NCBI GenBank assembly: GCA_025594325.1
Contig: JANHCV010000015.1
Span: forward strand, 248,001-312,000
Direction: 5' to 3'
Length of the DNA: 64,000 bases
Origin: Blastocladiella emersonii ATCC 22665
Lineage: Eukaryota > Fungi > Blastocladiomycota
Shown here: positions 33,401 through 42,491 of the stretch, piece after piece
Position numbering within the stretch: position 1 is the stretch's first letter
Layout: each line of letters starts with the position of its first letter
Notes under the pieces: generated by a model
The model's input: only the letters and a program-made list of their open reading frames with translations
Database searches by the model: none
Told to the model about the DNA's origin: nothing
Made by a program: the position numbers and the translations under genes

Positions 33401-33433
33401 ACCTGCATTGTCGGGGACCGTCTCGCAGACCAT
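30419..33433 (-). CDS. AEP (PrimPol-like) primase + PriCT-like + UL9-like SF2 helicase fusion, 1004 aa
   Basis: AEP motifs YFDID, SWH and FDASVYSKHRFMK. Helicase motifs TGMGSNKT, VVVDESE, KITVGVNF and FFQAIYRVR. Confidence 0.85.
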   Translation of the reverse strand: MVCETVPDNAGGKSFGLQWYRGKDGGGSDMGPQRKLLSELQDDETVIKRLINKGVDNHGEPKAAHYFAKVKTVGLAGLLNKNCCIQEMVHPERLSKVYFDIDCPGNNKDVTLDVIKKVILAQFPGANLQVCGYETDLKKSWHIVLSNYTATLKDMSFLKLFCSHPDHVKLGFDASVYSKHRFMKCINQSKPKKTPGTFKAGNKDRLSKHLIQYDFDPNCVPISDLSFVEFVSAEAKAARAKRRKGRFDYDLDIPEFKDVQIDPNFFYYDATPLEILQNLPVSPENAFHNNVTWLIMTWAMRKGVTFEQFWAWTSQQDNSAQRFAKYQQRWGEIASNCDYQVPDKFIKAIFYKRFWDAFKSKAMIKFEQSLQVPADVTVPNQFLSCNDITEAKFNVLATGMGSNKTGAVCDYIAKYPDARVVWITPRITLAHNTEGRAREQKLGFVNYRSIKDKKTLGDHKRLIVSPCSLHYLTEPYNIVVVDESETVLKMFQDAKLHTTTICNNLEANLKAFKTLCEHKGSKGIFMDAFVTNLTMDVLRSFTVEHNIKTILHGKIKVITNTLGKEFEPRKMSLITNDKDKEKSAEDIMESNIIADLKANKKLYLFLPRPCKKSTKWSVQTFGEYLERVFAKETWKIGKQIKLYHGDRPNHEDKELIDPDSVWGDDTVRIVIANLKITVGVNFSTKNKFDKVYARYESWVPARDFFQAIYRVRYPIDNEIVFMISNGCHGAYMNKSQVINSDLVGKLHQAIVKNTDLENEMAAVTSCLKVFDAFCKVANIVMDDSPEYYYKAHPEIEDVMTSGWSFDWANVQLPSKETLRDHCQGTLEDPDWTICLSVRKAFFIRKFKGLSENNMEAIWDDNAERFMERIQYFYTKDKAHVLHKLLDHNGMDLRTSEEFNIQATIPATFEADIHKYFKKLGYYKCDTATVLNRLLSTYFNKCLAVPDKDNRQVTIRGKKYTNLKWTEDINYFVMYKTWTTAPAKSAPFVLELDLDEVYNELINEP

Positions 33434-33610
33434 GTTGTTATGATGAGGTAACAGAAAAGGTGACAGGGCAGGTGCGTTTAAACGCGCAGGATTTAGCGCT
33501 AATGGCTGTGACCCGGGAGCCCTTGTTGGCATGGCCCATGACTTGCCACTGTCCTGACCCAGGCCCGGCTGCCCTTGTGTGACCTGTCCCTGACCCAGAC
33601 ACGACCTCCC

Positions 33611-33867
33611 CCATGACCCCGACTTGGGAGCCAATCGCGTCTCAGGTCACGATCCTTGAACCGTGACCTGGGCAGCGACTGAGGGCAAAGTCACGGACCC
33701 CCCAGGAGCCCAACTTGGGAGCCAGCAGAGGCCGAGGTCACGATCCTTGAACCGTGACCTGGGCAGCGACTGAGGGCGAAGAACCAGACCTCCACCCCCC
33801 CCCCATGACCCCGACTTGGGAGCCAGCAGGGTCCAAGGTCACGATCCGCTCAAACCGTGACCTGGGC
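33611..33867. repeat. Three direct repeats, each with an inverted motif AGGTCACG-N10/12-CGTGACCT, in the divergent intergenic region
   Basis: Copies at 33644-33669, 33735-33760 and 33836-33863. CATGACCCCGACTTGGGAGCCA is also repeated. Confidence 0.85.
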
Positions 33868-33991
33868 CCTCCCACGGTCCATGACTTGCCACCACCCTGA
33901 CCCTGACCCAGGCCCAGCTACCCAGAAAAAAGAACGTTGCGTTCAAACGCACTTGAGCCCATGGAGCCTTTTTGTTGACAGTCAGTAAACC

Positions 33992-35134
33992 ATGTCGCTC
34001 GAGTCTCTTGCCTCCCAGGTCGCCGTTGCCCTCGCTCAGCATGTTGCCGCAGACGTGGTGCAGCAAGTCATGGACAAGCTCCAGCCCGTGTTTGGGTCAA
34101 TCGACAAGCGCTTCAAGGACTTGGACGCGCGACTCAAGGCCATCGAGTCACACGACCCAGATCACGGCGCTGATCAGCAAGTCACTCCCGTGGAAGTCGA
34201 CACCCCCAAGGTCAAGTTTGCTGAGCTGACTGAGGATGCCATCGAGGCATGTGTCAACGCGCCTGTGGTGGACAAGAACGGGGAGCAGGCCACGCTGAGC
34301 GACACGGACAAGACCAAGACAACTCGCGTGCTCCTTGCATTTGCCAAGTCGGGCATGGATATCCACAACGTTGATGCCGTGTCCAAGGCCGTGGCCACGT
34401 ACCGCGCGACCAAGGGGTCCAAGAACGTCCAGGGACTGCAGGTTGAGACGCTCAAGGCCCTTGCCAAGTACTGTACGTGGAATGGGTGGACCGAGCTTGG
34501 GGCCAAGTACACAGAGGCCAAGAAGCGGGACGCTGACGCCAGCGTGGACGTGCGCAAGGAGCTTGAGTCGGGCGCCCTTCCAAGCCGTGCCGTTCTGCTG
34601 GCTGCTGCGGTTGCTGCCAAAAAGTGGGACAAGCTCGAGTGCACGGGCACCATGCGCTACCTGCGTCTCTACCTCCAAGTCGTGTGCGCGACCCACAGCG
34701 ACCTCGCGTTCCTGACTACAGCCCCAAGCGACAAGTACCCGTCCTACGACCCTGAGACCAAGACGCTGGCCGGGCCAATCTGTGTCAAGACCGAGGGTCG
34801 TGGCTACGAGTTCTCGCATGTCATCGCCGACCCCAACGTGGCAGCCGCCCTGGAGCGGGTCATGGCCAAGCGCAAGGAAGACGGCTACGAGCTGCTGTTC
34901 TTTGACTACACAATCAAGGACCTCGACGACGCCAAGGTGAACACGGCCATTCGCAAGGACTGGTCCAAGACGATTGGCCTTGCTACCAAGAAGCTCAAGT
35001 TTGACGGGTGCGGCGTGCAGCAGATCCGTCGGATTGCTGCGAGCGAGAACGCCGAGGCTTACGCGGCCATTGCCCAGCGCGCCAATGAGATGGGTCACAG
35101 CGTGCCTGTCGCCGTCGCCCACTACATGGTGTAA
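33992..35134 (+). CDS. Divergent tyrosine recombinase-like protein, 380 aa
   Basis: C-terminal QQIRR...ANEMGHSVPVAVAHY gives R...H-x8-Y, and VKTEGRG supplies the Lys. The box I Arg position reads LYLQVVCATHSDL. Confidence 0.75.
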   Translation: MSLESLASQVAVALAQHVAADVVQQVMDKLQPVFGSIDKRFKDLDARLKAIESHDPDHGADQQVTPVEVDTPKVKFAELTEDAIEACVNAPVVDKNGEQATLSDTDKTKTTRVLLAFAKSGMDIHNVDAVSKAVATYRATKGSKNVQGLQVETLKALAKYCTWNGWTELGAKYTEAKKRDADASVDVRKELESGALPSRAVLLAAAVAAKKWDKLECTGTMRYLRLYLQVVCATHSDLAFLTTAPSDKYPSYDPETKTLAGPICVKTEGRGYEFSHVIADPNVAAALERVMAKRKEDGYELLFFDYTIKDLDDAKVNTAIRKDWSKTIGLATKKLKFDGCGVQQIRRIAASENAEAYAAIAQRANEMGHSVPVAVAHYMV

Positions 35135-35154
35135 CTTTTGTCTGTTGTATTGTA

Positions 35155-36267
35155 ATGTACCCACACGAAGAACCTTTGACTGCTGAACAGACCGAGTACC
35201 TGAAAGACTTGTACTACAAACGCGGCCATGTTGGGGTCGGGATCCGCTGTCTCTTTGACATTGTTGACCGCGAGCATACAGGGAAGCACATTTACCGCGC
35301 CCAGCTCGAGCGGTGGCTCAACGACCAGTCCGTGTGGCAGCAGTACAAGCGCGCACCTCAGAAGCGCCAAGACATTCGAAGCATCAACTCAACAAGTCCT
35401 GGCCGCAACTTTCAGCTCGACCTCATTGACATGGGCGAAAACGGTACGTACAAGGGCTTCCGTTACATTCTTACGTGTGTCGACCTGGCGAGCCGCCGCG
35501 TCTACCTCCAACCCATCAAGACCAAGGACAAGACGCGGGAAGCATGGTCCAGCGTGGTCGCCAAGCACAGCCTTGCACCTGCCACGATCCAGACGGACAA
35601 TGGGACCGAGTTCTTTGGCATAGAGGCCGGGACCGAGGCCAAGCACATCAAGGGCAAGGCAGGAGTGCCATACGGTCAAGGTGTTGTTGAGCGTATGAAC
35701 GGGACCATCCGCCGGATGCTCACACCGTGGCTGTCCATTGCCGGCAACAACGACTGGCCCAAGCACCTCAAGACCATTGAATCTGTGATCAACAGCAGCA
35801 AGTCGAGGGCCACAGGCAGGGCGCCCAACGAGTTCCATGACATGCCCCGCGAAACGGCCAAGGAAGAGCTCAAGGCAATCCGAGCTGCCAAGGGCAAGCC
35901 AGAAGGCGACCCTCTGAGCGCGTTGTTGAAGGTAGGGACCCAGGTCCGAGTCCGCGAGCCGTACAAGACTGCCATGGAGGCCAAGGGGAAGCCGGTCTGG
36001 TCGACAACTGTGAGCCAGGTCCAGGTCGTGCGCAAGGGGTTGGGCGTAAGCAATCCGAGCTACAAGGTCCAAGGCCTCAAGGGCTTCTACCCTCGAAGCG
36101 ACGTCCAGCCAGTCACAGCGACCCAGGACCCGCCAACAAGGCAGCGCGTAGGTCCAGGTCTTCCAAGGCTCCCTGTTGCGCGCACCCCAGTCACGCCAAG
36201 GGAGCCCTCGACCCGGGTCAGGCGCGTCCCAGTCCGAGTCCAAGAAAAGTGGGACCGCGGGCTTTAG
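35155..36267 (+). CDS. rve-type DDE integrase (Maverick/PLV c-integrase-like), 370 aa
   Basis: QLDLID, QTDNGTEF and GVVERMNGTIR give an intact D-D-E triad. C-terminal LKVGTQVRV domain. Confidence 0.93.
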   Translation: MYPHEEPLTAEQTEYLKDLYYKRGHVGVGIRCLFDIVDREHTGKHIYRAQLERWLNDQSVWQQYKRAPQKRQDIRSINSTSPGRNFQLDLIDMGENGTYKGFRYILTCVDLASRRVYLQPIKTKDKTREAWSSVVAKHSLAPATIQTDNGTEFFGIEAGTEAKHIKGKAGVPYGQGVVERMNGTIRRMLTPWLSIAGNNDWPKHLKTIESVINSSKSRATGRAPNEFHDMPRETAKEELKAIRAAKGKPEGDPLSALLKVGTQVRVREPYKTAMEAKGKPVWSTTVSQVQVVRKGLGVSNPSYKVQGLKGFYPRSDVQPVTATQDPPTRQRVGPGLPRLPVARTPVTPREPSTRVRRVPVRVQEKWDRGL

Positions 36268-37790
36268 AGCAGGGTCCAGTGGCTTTGAATGATGACCTGG
36301 CAGTCGTTGGCAACTGCGACCAACGGGATCCAGATGAAAGAGTAGCTCTTGGCCGCGTCAAGGTACTCAATGCTCGAGAACTGAAGGAACTGGACGTTGC
36401 CTTCAGCGCGGCACCCGGTGACAAGCGACACTGCAATCATGTCTGTCATATTGTACAGCGCAAAGTTCACAGTGTGGGCTCCAGGGAGCGCGCCGTTTGC
36501 GTAGTAGCCCTTTGCATGGACGAGGTAGTAGCCACTGACAGGGGGTTTGACGCATCCATTGATCACAGACGTGAACGCGCCCGCCGTGGACTGGAACGCA
36601 AAGGTGGCTGGGCCTGTCGATGCTGTGCCGCCAATGATCTTGCCGCCCGTGGTCACTCCGTTTGTAGAGCGGTGCTCGGCCTGAGCGACGTACCGGGTCG
36701 TGCCAGACCGCGAGTCAATGTACGCCTTGTTTGCCGCATCGGTGCCTGCCACTGGAGCGAGGTCAAGAGTGAGCTGCCCTGTGAAGCGACCAGTGCCATT
36801 GACGCGGAGCCTTTCTGTGCCAAGCGTCGCCAAGCCCACGACCACGTTGCTGCCACCTGCCACGAGGGAGACCCCGCCTGTGGTCGCAGACGCAATCTCA
36901 ATGTTACCCGCCGCTGTGCATGCCAGGTTGCTTCGCAGTACGCCTGCCTGCTTAAAGTCGACGTACGTCAATGTATTGGCAGCCGAGTCAAAGACAAGGT
37001 TTGCGCTTGTGGCATTCCGGACCAGGACGTTGGGCACAGTCAGTTGCTTGCCAACTCCAAGACCACCAGCAATGGTGACTGCTCCAGTGCTTGATGTCAA
37101 ACTGTCCGTCGTATTCGCAAAGGCAAAGGCAGCGCCAAGCCCAAGGGTGGACTGGGGGAGCGTGCCAGCGACCGAGGCTGCGCTCACCGCCGTGACCTTG
37201 GCCGAGACGTCGGGGAGTCGTGCCAGGTCAATGGTCCCTGCAAGCTTGGCCGAGTCAATGCCAGATGCCAGCTTGGCGTTGGTCAGGGTCCCGTCTGCAA
37301 TGCGGGCAGGGTCGAGGATCCCAGTGAGCTTGACCGCCGACACGTCCGCAACCTTGGCGTCTGTGACCGCGCCTGTTGCCAGGTGGGCTGTTCCAATGGA
37401 CCCAACGTTGAGCTTGGCCCCATCAATGCCAGTTGCCAGCTTGGCGTTGGTCACGGCCGCGTCTGCCAGGACCAGGGAGCCGACCGTGCCTGCTGCCAGC
37501 TTGGACCCGTCGATGCCAGCTGCCACCTTGGCGTTGGATATGGCACCGTCTGCCAGGGCTCCCGTCCCAATAGTCCCTGCAACGAGCTTGGACCCAGACA
37601 CGGACGCGACCTTGGCATCTGTGACTGCCAGGTCAACGAGAGCCGCCGTGCCGACCGTGCCTGCCACGAGCTTGGACCCGGACACGGACGCGACCTTGGC
37701 ATCAGTCACTGAGCCGTCTGCCAGGACCGAGGTCCCGACTGTGCCTGCCACGAGCTTGGACCCAGACACGGACGCAACCTTGGCATCTGG
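36264..37790 (-). pseudogene. 5'-truncated viral fibre/adhesin-like gene (~500 codons remaining)
   Basis: 27-29-aa repeats DAKVASVSGSKLVAGTVG..LADG.VT, followed by STGAVTIAGGLGVGK, TDAANKAYID and a C1q-like beta head. No in-frame ATG upstream of the repeats in this segment. Confidence 0.7.
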
Positions 37791-39317
37791 ACGCCCGAGA
37801 GCTATGCCAACGACTTTGGCCGCAAACGAGGTGACTCGCTGTTCTACCTCAAGCACCAGGACGGCGTCACTGGGTACGAGGTCAAGGACCTCCAGGAGCA
37901 CGTCCAAGACACGCTTAAAGCGTGGGAAGAGCACCAGGCAACGGGCAAGGTCACTTGAGTCCCAGTCGCTCCACCAGCGGCAAGCCCCAGACCAGAGGCC
38001 CCCGAGTCGGCCACGGACAGCAACAGGGGCAGCAGCGAAGAGGAGCGCGACGAGCTGGCAGAAGAGATCTCGCGAGCCCTGGATGTCATTGACAAGGACG
38101 CTGTACCGGACCACTTGCTCCCCGTGCCCGTCCGGCCAGTCATGCCCGAGCAGTACCCGGTCGAGGCCAGCGACTATGTTGGTCAAGACATTGACAAGTA
38201 CAGCGCCATGATCCCCGGCCAGTACCTGATCCAGAATGACAATGACGGCGGCAACGACCCACCCCCAAGGCTTGACGACGGCACCCGCAACCTCGTGGTC
38301 ATGCCACCAAGCTACGGCCCGGACGTGGCACAGCGGCAAGGCGTGTACAACGAGGGTCACGTCCACCCGGCCATGGACGAGGCACGCACGATCGAGGGCT
38401 CCAAGGACTTGCAGGTCTACAACCCCGAGCGGGCGCTGACAACCACGGACGACATGGAGGTCGACGTTGTCCAGAACTTTCAACAGTTTAACCAGTTCGT
38501 GTACAACAGCTACACGCAGCAGAACACGCAGAACGTCGACATGCGGCAGTTCATCACCCAGTACGAGAACAACTACTACGAGCAGAACGTGGACATGCGG
38601 CAGCAGATCCTGGTCCAGTACAACAATGACCCGAACGTCATGGCCGCGCTTGAGCTCATTGCCTCGCAGTTTGCCGGGTCCCAGGTCATGCAGTACCAGG
38701 CGTACCAGGCGCTCATCGAGCAGTCGGCGGCCGCTCAGGGACTGGCCATGGACGCATTTGCCAACCTCGCGTCCGGGATCGTGGACACGCTCCGAGCCGA
38801 ACGCAACGACTTTGTCCGCCAGATTGACGCTGGCAACCGCGCGCTTGTGTCTGAGATTGCCACGGGCATGTCCTCTGCGCTCAGCAACCAGCAGGTGCTC
38901 ATGAACCAGCTCGCAAGCGGCGTCCAGGGCGCGATCCAAGGGCAGACCCAGAGCAACGAGGCCATGACCAAGACGCTCCAAGACCTTGGGTCCAAGCTGG
39001 ACACGATCCCTGCACCCCAAGTCATTGTCCAGCCTGCCGACACAAGCGGCCTTGAGGCCATGATCAGGGAGCTGGCCGCGCAAAACAATTCTGGCAGTAG
39101 TTCTAAGAAGACCGACATGCTCCTCGAACAGATCCTCAAGCAACTGGGCTACAAGAAGCCGACCGACGCGAAGCTGTTCACAGACAAGCGGGCAGCGGGT
39201 AGCGGGCTGACAGCGCCCAAGATCCAGCGTCACCAGAAGATCCCTGAGCGGCCCGTCAAGCAGGTCCGTGAGACCCCAAGGCGCAGCGGCATTGTGCTTG
39301 ACCTCGGCTGGGACTGA
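37782..39317 (+). pseudogene. 5'-truncated Q/N-rich coiled-coil gene with in-frame TGA at 37956-37958; an ATG at 38142 could give 391 aa
   Basis: A coding-like frame (GIWTPESYANDFGRKRGDSLFYLK...KVT*VPVAPP...EEERDELAEEISRALD) is continuous with ORF 38115-39317. There is no ATG before the TGA. Confidence 0.6.
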
Positions 39318-39343
39318 CGCCCTTTTTTGTTGGCAGTCTTTAA

Positions 39344-40141
39344 ATGTACGACATTGTTGCCATTGACAACGGCTTTACGCGCAACGACGACGGCGAGCCG
39401 CTGCCGATCCCCACGCACCCGTTCACCATGAACGTCATTGGCGCCAAGGGTCAGGGCAAGTCGACGCTGATCGCAAACATGGTCTGCTTCCCGCACTTTT
39501 ACAAGGGCCAGTTCGACAACATCTGGGTCTTTAACCCGACGTTCCACGCCGACGACAAGTACAAGTACATTGCCAGTCAACCGATCCTGCGACCGCCCAA
39601 GAAGGAGCGCAACGTGCTGGACCCCCAGGAGCGCGACCCGGACCGGCTCAAGATCAAGCCAAGCTGCATCGTCACGGACCCCAAGCAGTTCATCCCGACC
39701 CTGCTCAAGATGCGCCAGGACCTGACCAAGACATTCGAAGAGTCTGGCAAGAAGGCGCTCCAGGACCAGCTGCTGATCATCGACGACGTGCTTGGGCTCA
39801 AGCTGCTGAGCCACCAAACGCTGACCAACTTTCTGTGCAACTCGCGGCACTTGAAGATCAGCTGCATCATTGGCGTCCAGCGGTGGTGTGCCCTGCCCAA
39901 GACCCTGCGTATCAACTGCAGCTACAGCGTGGTCTACCCAATCTATGACAAGACCGAGGTCCAGACGCTGCACAAGGAGATTGGGTCGCAGTTCGACCTC
40001 AAGGAGTTTGAGGCCATCATTGAACAGCTCTTTGACACGCGTACTGGCAACACGAAGCGACGCTTCCTGGGCGTCAACAACCAGAACCCGCCCAAGTACC
40101 GGCTCGTAGACAGCTTCAGCGAGTGGATCGTGAAGCAGTAG
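39344..40141 (+). CDS. A32-like (FtsK-HerA) genome-packaging ATPase, 265 aa
   Basis: Walker A GAKGQGKS, Walker B LLIIDD, and SRHLKIS....Q....LPKTLRIN. Confidence 0.93.
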   Translation: MYDIVAIDNGFTRNDDGEPLPIPTHPFTMNVIGAKGQGKSTLIANMVCFPHFYKGQFDNIWVFNPTFHADDKYKYIASQPILRPPKKERNVLDPQERDPDRLKIKPSCIVTDPKQFIPTLLKMRQDLTKTFEESGKKALQDQLLIIDDVLGLKLLSHQTLTNFLCNSRHLKISCIIGVQRWCALPKTLRINCSYSVVYPIYDKTEVQTLHKEIGSQFDLKEFEAIIEQLFDTRTGNTKRRFLGVNNQNPPKYRLVDSFSEWIVKQ

Positions 40142-40181
40142 ACTCTTGACTTTTTTTTGTTGCCGAGTCCTAAACTAAACC

Positions 40182-41402
40182 ATGTCCAGTACCAACGCCC
40201 AGTTCTTGCAGGTCCTGTCCAAGACTCTCCCTCCCGAGATGTCGTTCAACCTGCCCAAGGAGTCCGTCTATGCCGAGCGCCAGACCGTCCAGTTCACGGC
40301 TCAGGGCGGCCCCGAGTTTGCTCCTGGCAACAGCATCAGCGTCCTGCTCCCGCCGCGCGACGACATGATGGACACGCACTGTACTTTCCTGCAGTTCTCG
40401 GCCAAGACCACGGACGCCAACGTTGCTTTCTGCGATGGTATCTTCAGCGTCATTGACCGTGTCCGCATCTACAGCGCGTCTGGTGCCCTACTCGAAGAGC
40501 TCCCGTACTACAACCTGCGTCAGCGCATCGAGGCCGACGTGACGGTCCCCCAGTACCTCAAGGACTCGTGTCTTGGTGTGGCACAGGGCTACTTTGCGTC
40601 CGGCGCTGACAAGTTCGCCGTCTCGTCCGGGCTGCACCGGTACATGCTGCCCATCAAATCCGCCCTGCTGGCAAACCAGAAGCACCTCCCAATGAAGTAC
40701 ACGGGCGGCATCCGCGTCGAGTTCACCCTTGCACCTGGCAGCGACGCCTGCGTGGTCAAGAACAATGCAATCCCGGGCTACACAGTCAAGGACGTCTGCA
40801 TTGTCTCGGACCTGATCAAGCTCAACGACCAGCAGATCGCGGTCATGGACGCGGCCTTCAAGAAGCAGGGCCTCAAGCTCTTTGGCACGACCTACAACCA
40901 CCACTTCCTGAACTACTCGGTGCCCAACTCGACGCTCAACATCTCAGACCGCTCGGCCTCACAGAAAGACATCCTGCTGTCGTTCCGCGACAATGCCGTG
41001 CTCAACGACAATGCCAAGGACTCGTTCCTTCGTGCCAAGACCATTACATCGTACCAGTTCAGCGTGGCCGGCCGACTCTTCCCTCAGCGACCCATCCGCT
41101 GTGACGACTACGCGTCCGAGGCGTTCGTTGAGCTGACCAATGCCTTCCATGGCCACGTCATTGGCGCTGGCCTCACAGTCGACAAGTTCAACGCGCTGGC
41201 CGAGGGTACCTTTGTTGTCGGCCGTGACCTCAAGTCGAGTCGCACCGTGGTCAGCGGCGACAAGTCTTGCAAGAGCCAGGCCGTGGACATGCAGGTGATC
41301 CTGACTTCAAGCGTGGCCCCAAACCAGCGCGTGGACGCCTTCATTGGCATCGACGTGGTCTACAAGTTCCTGCCAACCAGCGAGATCAACATCTACAAGT
41401 AA
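40182..41402 (+). CDS. Major capsid protein, probably double jelly-roll, 406 aa
   Basis: Size, alternating beta-strand pattern, YQFSVAGRLFPQRPI and FVVGRDL..S...SG as in PLV-type MCPs, and position next to the ATPase. Not confirmed by structure search. Confidence 0.78.
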   Translation: MSSTNAQFLQVLSKTLPPEMSFNLPKESVYAERQTVQFTAQGGPEFAPGNSISVLLPPRDDMMDTHCTFLQFSAKTTDANVAFCDGIFSVIDRVRIYSASGALLEELPYYNLRQRIEADVTVPQYLKDSCLGVAQGYFASGADKFAVSSGLHRYMLPIKSALLANQKHLPMKYTGGIRVEFTLAPGSDACVVKNNAIPGYTVKDVCIVSDLIKLNDQQIAVMDAAFKKQGLKLFGTTYNHHFLNYSVPNSTLNISDRSASQKDILLSFRDNAVLNDNAKDSFLRAKTITSYQFSVAGRLFPQRPIRCDDYASEAFVELTNAFHGHVIGAGLTVDKFNALAEGTFVVGRDLKSSRTVVSGDKSCKSQAVDMQVILTSSVAPNQRVDAFIGIDVVYKFLPTSEINIYK

Positions 41403-41443
41403 CGGCCCTGTCCTTTCTTTTCTTGCATAGAGTTAAACCCGCC

Positions 41444-41710
41444 ATGATCTTCCGTAACCTCTGGACCAACTTTAGCAATGTGCTCGGCCAGGTCGGGTCC
41501 TTTGTCAACAAACACATGCCGACTGTCCTCAAAGGCGTCAAGACCGTGTCCAAGTTCTTTGAGCGGTCGCACAACCCCGCCGTGAGCTCCATTGCGCAGA
41601 TGGTGACCAAGGGCGCGGACCTTGCCCAAGACATTCACACCTGGTACAACCAACCGACGAGCGAGATCTTTGAGGCAGACGCTGACGACACGGGGACAGC
41701 TGTACAATAA
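41444..41710 (+). CDS. 88-aa protein with N-terminal amphipathic helices
   Basis: ATG in the element's typical T-rich context. Sequence LWTNFSNVLGQVGSFVNKHMPTVLKGVKTVSKFF with an acidic tail. Confidence 0.7.
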   Translation: MIFRNLWTNFSNVLGQVGSFVNKHMPTVLKGVKTVSKFFERSHNPAVSSIAQMVTKGADLAQDIHTWYNQPTSEIFEADADDTGTAVQ

Positions 41711-41728
41711 ATTGTTGTCTTTGTTTAA

Positions 41729-42460
41729 ATGTCCGAGTACAAGACGCTGACCATCTGCAGCCGCGACCTCAAGAACGGCATCCTGTACCTACCACGACCC
41801 CTGTCCGTGCGCGGCGTCAAGGTCAACTCGGCGTACCTCTGCAACAGCTGGCACAAGGCCAACAAAGTGTACCTGACCCAGAGCCGTGGCGCGCTGACGT
41901 TCCCGGGCACCATCACCGTCCCTGATGGCAACTACACGGTCGAGACGTTCACGGCCACGCTCAAGAGCCTGCTCAACAACGCGCCCTCAGCGTACCTCTG
42001 GCAGGGCACATGGGACGTCCAGGTTGACTCGACTACCCAGAAGATGCGCCTGGCCAACGACACGGTTGACTTTACAATTGGAACAGGGACGGCGTCGCTG
42101 AACGTCCACATGGGCTTTGTTGGAGCGTATGGCTACAGCAAGGTCCAGTACGCGTCGGCGCTGGTCAACATCTCGCCCATCAACCTGCTTCACGTCTACT
42201 CGCGCAACCTTGGCACCCGGCTTGCGGACAACATGTACAGCGCGTACCCACAAGACAACGGCGTACTTTGTAGCATCCACGTCATGCAACCCTTTGGCAG
42301 CTGGTTCGAGCATCGACCACACATGGGTGACTACTTTCGCTTTGACGCGCAGGGACAGGCCCAGCAGATTGACTGTATTGACATTGACGTGGTAGATGAG
42401 AACCTGCGCTCTGTCGACTTTCTCGGCCAACCCTTCTACGTCGAGCTCGCGTTCATCTGA
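41729..42460 (+). CDS. Minor capsid (penton-like) protein, 243 aa
   Basis: ITVPDGNY and C-terminal IDIDVVDENLRSVDFLG, typical of Maverick/PLV single jelly-roll pentons. Confidence 0.75.
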   Translation: MSEYKTLTICSRDLKNGILYLPRPLSVRGVKVNSAYLCNSWHKANKVYLTQSRGALTFPGTITVPDGNYTVETFTATLKSLLNNAPSAYLWQGTWDVQVDSTTQKMRLANDTVDFTIGTGTASLNVHMGFVGAYGYSKVQYASALVNISPINLLHVYSRNLGTRLADNMYSAYPQDNGVLCSIHVMQPFGSWFEHRPHMGDYFRFDAQGQAQQIDCIDIDVVDENLRSVDFLGQPFYVELAFI

Positions 42461-42491
42461 CGTTGACTTTAATTGTTGTTGTACTGTAAAC

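Noticed and set aside
33611-33867. CRISPR-like array
   Set aside because: Only three degenerate repeats with related rather than unique spacers, no cas genes, and a eukaryotic context. The same applies to the repeats at 1991-2058 and 43075-43206.
36264-39233. 989-aa minus-strand ORF as a single protein
   Set aside because: The part above ~37790 is the antisense shadow of the plus-strand gene and has no ATG. Only 36264-37790 looks like real fibre sequence.
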